Assembly (NCBI GenBank): GCA_001567365.1
Contig: JZEL01000014.1
Coordinates: forward strand, 1-43,247
Length of the DNA: 43,247 nucleotides
DNA from: Parcubacteria bacterium OLB19
GTDB taxonomy: Bacteria; Patescibacteriota; Minisyncoccia; Phycocordibacterales; UBA918
Direction: 5' to 3'
In this document: positions 38,914-43,247 of the stretch, one piece after another
Layout: every line of letters begins with the position of its first letter
Position numbering within the stretch: position 1 is the first letter of the stretch
Position numbers and translations under genes: made by a program
Notes under the pieces: model-generated
Seen by the model: the letters and a program-made list of their open reading frames with translations, nothing else
Databases searched by the model: none
What the model was told of the DNA's origin: nothing

Positions 38914-40064
38914 TTAATCCTGGTAGTTCATCGAAAAAATTTGCCTTGTACAAAGATGATGTGCGAGTGCTTGATGCTTATGTTGAAAGTGGTGGTGATG
39001 GCTATAATGTTTGCACTTTACTAAAAGGTGTACAACAAGGGTGTACAACAATCAACCGAAGACGTTTTCATGAGAGTCTTAATGATTTTTTGCAAAAGGC
39101 TAAAGAATTAAATTTAATTAACGATTTATTTGATATTGAAAAAGTGGCGGTGAGAGTAGTAGCTCCGGGAACTTTTTTTCAAGAACACAAAGTGCTCGAT
39201 GTTGGATACATGCAGAAATTAAAATCCGTGGAAGCAATTGTTCCTCTGCATATACCACATCTTCTAAAAGAAATTGAGATAATTAACAAGGAATTGCCAC
39301 ATATTAAATTGTTGGCTGTATCTGATAGCGCTTTTCATAGCACTATACCTGATTTTATTAGGGAATATTCCTTATCCGAAAGCGAGACTAAATCTCATGA
39401 TTTGTATCGTTTTGGTTACCACGGTCTATCAGTGGCGTCGGTGATAAGAAGAATTCATGCGGTGGTGGGAATGGACGCGGAAAGGGTGGTGGTTTGTCAT
39501 ATTGGTAGTGGCGTAAGTGTAACTGCTATCAAAAATGGTAAAAGTTTAGATAATTCTATGGGGTATGCGCCCGGTAATGGTCTTATTATGGGTAGTAGAG
39601 CTGGGGATCTTGATACAGGGGCACTTTTAACTTTGATGCAAATTAAAAATATGAAAGCTATTGATGCTCAAAATTTTGTTCAAACCAGTGGTGGTCTTAA
39701 AGGTATGACCGGTGATAATGACTTGCGCATTTTACTGGAGAGAAAGGTTAAAGGTGAAGTTTTAGCTACTAAGGCGATTGCAAGTTTTGTTTATCAGATT
39801 CAAAAAACTATCGGTGCCTATACCGCGGTTTTGGGTGGTTTGGATTTACTGGTTTTTACCGCCACAGCTGGCGAGCGTAGTTCAATTCTGCGTGACCTGA
39901 TAACCAAAAATTTGTCTGGTATCGGAATTGTTATTGATCAAGATAAAAACGAAGCCTGTATTAGTAAGAATGGCGTTATTAGTCAAATGGGAATTAATAC
40001 AAAAGTAGCAGTGATAAAAACTGACGAAACTGACGAAATTTTCCGAATAACAAAAACGTTATAA
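38895..40064 (+). CDS. ackA: acetate kinase
   Basis: IVNPGSSSKK; DSAFH; RFGYHGLS; CHIGSGVS; GSRAGDLD; TDE; overlaps the xfp stop. Confidence 0.92.
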   Translation: MGVTLIVNPGSSSKKFALYKDDVRVLDAYVESGGDGYNVCTLLKGVQQGCTTINRRRFHESLNDFLQKAKELNLINDLFDIEKVAVRVVAPGTFFQEHKVLDVGYMQKLKSVEAIVPLHIPHLLKEIEIINKELPHIKLLAVSDSAFHSTIPDFIREYSLSESETKSHDLYRFGYHGLSVASVIRRIHAVVGMDAERVVVCHIGSGVSVTAIKNGKSLDNSMGYAPGNGLIMGSRAGDLDTGALLTLMQIKNMKAIDAQNFVQTSGGLKGMTGDNDLRILLERKVKGEVLATKAIASFVYQIQKTIGAYTAVLGGLDLLVFTATAGERSSILRDLITKNLSGIGIVIDQDKNEACISKNGVISQMGINTKVAVIKTDETDEIFRITKTL

Positions 40065-40084
40065 TTTTTCTGATATAGTTAACT

Positions 40085-41389
40085 ATGATGAATAAAACTG
40101 AAGAAAAAAGAAGCGCTTCATTTGCCATAATTCAGGCAGCTTTTGTCTTCATGTTCCTTTTTTCATTGCTGTTAGGATCGGTGATTTTTTATGATTTCTC
40201 TAATGTCAATTTGGGAGCATTGGCTTTTATTATTGCGACCATTTGCTCACTTCTTTTAGCTAAAAATATTTACGAAATAGCCAATAATGAAGAGAAGCAG
40301 AAGGAAATAGGTAAAAAAATTTCAGATGATTACATAAATCATCCGCCTAAAAAACTTTTTACCGAAGTTTATGATAATAGTCCAATTGCTTATTTGATTT
40401 TGGATAAAAATGGAAAAATAGTTTCCACTAACAAATCAGCAGTTCGATTACTTGGTCGTTCACCGGTAATTTTAAAAGATACAGCTTTTTTCTCTTGTGT
40501 TGATACTAGTAAAACTGAGCATTTGGTTTTAATTAAAGAAAAATTCCGTAACGGAGTGGTAGTAGTTGATGAGGAGATAGAAATCAGTCGTGATGAAGGT
40601 CCTGCCTGGGCAACTATGTCTATATTGCCCTTCACCGATTCTTTGGGTAATAGAGCGAGTTTGGTAACGCTTTTAGATATTACTAAACAAAAAGAAGTAG
40701 ATACTGCCAAATCAGAATTTGTGTCTTTGGCTTCACACCAACTACGGACACCTATTGCTGGAATGCGTTGGAGTGCAGAGTTGTTATTGATGGATGAGGT
40801 GGGTACTCTCACTAAGCAACAACGTCGTTATGTCAACCGTCTATTAACTAATATCCAGAGAATGGCTAATTTGATTGATGATTTTCTGCAGGTTTCTAGG
40901 TTTGATCTTGGTACAAGAGAATTAGAAACTGAAGTGGTAGATATACAAAAAATGATTGACGAAGTTGTTGGTGAACAAACAGTTTTGTTTAGTAGCAAAA
41001 ATCTAAAATTAGAAAAACATTTTGATAACAGTATTAAAGAATTTGTAACTGATGCTAAGTTGCTTAGAATGATAATTACCAATCTGTACAACAATGCTAT
41101 TAAATATTCGAAAAATGATGGTGAGGTAGAGATTTCCTACTTACGAGAAGGGAACGATTTGATTTTTAGCGTACGTGATTCGGGTATAGGTATTCCTAAA
41201 AGCGATCAACCAAGAATCTTCTCTAAGGTTTTTAGAGCCAGTAACGCAATGAAAGAAGTTCCAGATGGTACCGGACTCGGACTTTATATAGTGAAGAAAG
41301 CTGTACAGGTATTGCGTGGGCGTGTCACATTTAAATCAACCGAAAATGTTGGTACAACTTTTACCGTGGTCATTCCAGTTACACTTTAG
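40085..41389 (+). CDS. membrane PAS sensor histidine kinase
   Basis: 2 TM, PAS, H-box SHQLRTP, N-box NAIKYS, DSGIGI, GTGLGL. Confidence 0.95.
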   Translation: MMNKTEEKRSASFAIIQAAFVFMFLFSLLLGSVIFYDFSNVNLGALAFIIATICSLLLAKNIYEIANNEEKQKEIGKKISDDYINHPPKKLFTEVYDNSPIAYLILDKNGKIVSTNKSAVRLLGRSPVILKDTAFFSCVDTSKTEHLVLIKEKFRNGVVVVDEEIEISRDEGPAWATMSILPFTDSLGNRASLVTLLDITKQKEVDTAKSEFVSLASHQLRTPIAGMRWSAELLLMDEVGTLTKQQRRYVNRLLTNIQRMANLIDDFLQVSRFDLGTRELETEVVDIQKMIDEVVGEQTVLFSSKNLKLEKHFDNSIKEFVTDAKLLRMIITNLYNNAIKYSKNDGEVEISYLREGNDLIFSVRDSGIGIPKSDQPRIFSKVFRASNAMKEVPDGTGLGLYIVKKAVQVLRGRVTFKSTENVGTTFTVVIPVTL

Positions 41390-41757
41390 TTTAGTTCCTT
41401 TTCAATCCTTTTTATTAAGTCGCTAATACCACTATTGGCTTTATGAATTATATCGTCAGCGTTAACTCCTAGGTCAGTAATAGTTTTTTCGTTCACATCT
41501 GAGGCGGTAATGATAAGTACTTTTGCTTTTTTGCCCCACGTATCCTTTTTTAGTTCGGACATTACTTGTACGCCACTTATATCTGGCAAACGTAGATCGA
41601 GTAGTATTAAGTCCGGATGTTCTCTTAGTGCTATATCTAAACCATTTTTACCTTCGGTAGCAGTAAGGGTCTTGTACTCCTTAATAGTGAGCATGTCCAC
41701 TAAAGAGGCGGCTAAATCGGCAGAATCTTCAATAATAAGGATAGTTTTTTGCAACAT
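41386..41757 (-). CDS. single-domain response regulator (receiver only)
   Basis: ILIIED; PDLILLDLRLPDISG; IITA; K. Confidence 0.93.
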   Translation of the reverse strand: MLQKTILIIEDSADLAASLVDMLTIKEYKTLTATEGKNGLDIALREHPDLILLDLRLPDISGVQVMSELKKDTWGKKAKVLIITASDVNEKTITDLGVNADDIIHKANSGISDLIKRIEKELN

Positions 41758-41849
41758 ATTGATAATTGTAGCGTATTTATAGGACGATGGGTAGTTATGT
41801 TTGTAAGTTACGCCTTAATTATTCGTCATATTAAGGTAAAATAAAAAAT

Positions 41850-42488
41850 ATGGAAAATCAAAAAAATATTAAATGGATAATAGTCTTATTAGTGGCTGTA
41901 GCTTTAGGTTTCGGTTTTTATCTCTTTGGTCCTCAGGCTGATGATAGGACTGTGGCTGTAAACGTAATTGAAAAAATTGAAAATAAGGATCTAAATTTTT
42001 CATTTTCTTATGAGAGTGGTGAAACAGCTCTGAGTTCTATGGAAACATTGCAGAATCAACCAAATGACACATCCTTATTAAAAATGTATGTTTTGATGGA
42101 ATCAAAATCTTTAGATGAGTTTAATAAAGCCAAGGAGGAAGGTCAGGGTCGTGAAGCGCCTCCATCTATTAGTGTTTTGGTCTTCGATAAGGCTTCATCG
42201 AGTGAAGCACAAAATGCTACTTCCAGTTCTTCTTTTGATAAGATAAAGCAATGGGCATCAGACAATAGTCAATTCACAAGTCTAAATCTAGCACAGGGAA
42301 CAATTGAGGAAGTTAAAATTGATGGTGCTTCGGCCATTCATTACAAGGCTGATGGTTTGTATCCTCAAGATGTCTATGTAGTGAGATATGGGAAGAAAAT
42401 GTATTTGTTTGTTGGACAATATTTAGAGGAAGGAGATTATATGCAAACCTCTTATAAGAAACTAATTGAGACAGTTGTATTTGATTAA
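41850..42488 (+). CDS. hypothetical membrane-anchored extracytoplasmic protein (possibly PsbP-like fold)
   Basis: N-terminal TM; FSFSY, VKIDGASA, terminal LIETVVF pattern. Confidence 0.65.
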   Translation: MENQKNIKWIIVLLVAVALGFGFYLFGPQADDRTVAVNVIEKIENKDLNFSFSYESGETALSSMETLQNQPNDTSLLKMYVLMESKSLDEFNKAKEEGQGREAPPSISVLVFDKASSSEAQNATSSSSFDKIKQWASDNSQFTSLNLAQGTIEEVKIDGASAIHYKADGLYPQDVYVVRYGKKMYLFVGQYLEEGDYMQTSYKKLIETVVFD

Positions 42489-42614
42489 TGAACAAAGAAT
42501 GAAAATTATCGAAAGATTACGCGCTATTTTTGAGCAGGTAACTTTGATGCAGAATAAATTGAAAGAACAGGGTGGTACAAGTTCCAATTAAAGTTTATAA
42601 CTAATTACAATTTT

Positions 42615-42650
42615 AAAGCCGGTATTTGCTCAAAGGCAAATACCGGCTTT
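42615..42650. terminator. bidirectional terminator
   Basis: AAAGCCGGTATTTGC-TCAAAG-GCAAATACCGGCTTT. Confidence 0.75.
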
Positions 42651-42980
42651 TTAAAAGTTTCTTAAAACCATACCATATCTTTTTTCAACTACTAGGCTGA
42701 GCCGGAAATGATTCAATACTATACAATCATACATGTCTGATGCTATGGTGGCTATTTCGACATTAACATCACCATATATTTCAACTACCACATCTACATT
42801 CATGTGTGTATGTTCACCAGCAATTTGTGTTTCCATAGACAAGATTCTTAAATCTTTTTCCTCAATTTTCATTGATTCAAGAAATTTTTTGATCTTCTCA
42901 GCTAAATCATTAAAAACTGAATCGTTTTGGTGATATATATAGACTTGAACAAATGGTTTGGTTCCTTTCGGGTTTGTCAT
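42651..42980 (-). CDS. hypothetical protein
   Basis: 109-aa ORF, GAGGAG RBS, terminator immediately downstream. Confidence 0.6.
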   Translation of the reverse strand: MTNPKGTKPFVQVYIYHQNDSVFNDLAEKIKKFLESMKIEEKDLRILSMETQIAGEHTHMNVDVVVEIYGDVNVEIATIASDMYDCIVLNHFRLSLVVEKRYGMVLRNF

Positions 42981-43120
42981 TTTCTCTCCTCATGGGTTTT
43001 AATACGGTTTATGATTGTTCAATCTGGGTCTATAATATAGATTTGAGTCTTGGTTGTAAACTCTTCAAATTTTAAATCAGGTTGCTTATTGTTACGATTC
43101 ACAAATTAATATCGGCATGG

Positions 43121-43247
43121 TATATTCCAAAAAAATTACCCCGCATGCTTGCATCGGGGTAAACTCTGTTATGCTAGGAGGTAATGTCAGGCAAACCACA
43201 ACACATAATTAAACCACATAACAAAACTCTCTTTATCTACCACCTAG
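43121..43247 (+). mobile_element. tnpA: IS200/IS605-family element, second copy of left end plus 5' tnpA (ATG 43184)
   Basis: Exact reverse complement of 10-136; encodes MSGKPQHIIKPHNKTLFIYHL. Confidence 0.8.

Noticed and set aside
42499-42591. 30-aa ORF MKIIERLRAIFEQVTLMQNKLKEQGGTSSN
   Set aside because: Too short and without clear initiation signals; it may be a gene remnant but cannot be supported.

Overview
A 43.2-kb low-GC bacterial chromosomal segment that looks like Patescibacteria/CPR (Parcubacteria-like): there is no rpmD between rpsE and rplO, ATP synthase delta and epsilon are truncated, Shine-Dalgarno motifs are rare, and ATP comes from fermentative Xfp-AckA. Both ends are the left ends of an IS200/IS605-type element in inverted orientation (127-bp identical inverted repeat holding a subterminal hairpin and the start of tnpA). 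The window carries a fragmented S10-spc ribosomal cluster (rpsS to rplE, a 1.1-kb insert, then rpsZ to secY) and an F1Fo ATP synthase operon between secY and cmk/gmk/adk/map. It also has an accessory island (CsaA-like protein, methyltransferase, unknown HxH protein, TrmB regulator, AbrB-RelE toxin-antitoxin), ndk, a probable 6S RNA, a beta-CASP nuclease, infC-rpmI-rplT, a BspA/DUF285 gene between direct repeats, gyrB, a CARDB-sortase-surface protein locus, a SET protein, xfp-ackA and a two-component pair. The best candidate for a new system is the sortase next to a surface protein with an internal VPYTG-TM sorting signal followed by a cytoplasmic region that resembles, by eye, clamp-loader (DnaX/HolA) lid and collar helices. 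Three homopolymer frameshifts, one in essential rpsE, suggest indel errors in the assembly. All family calls come from motif recognition, not database searches.
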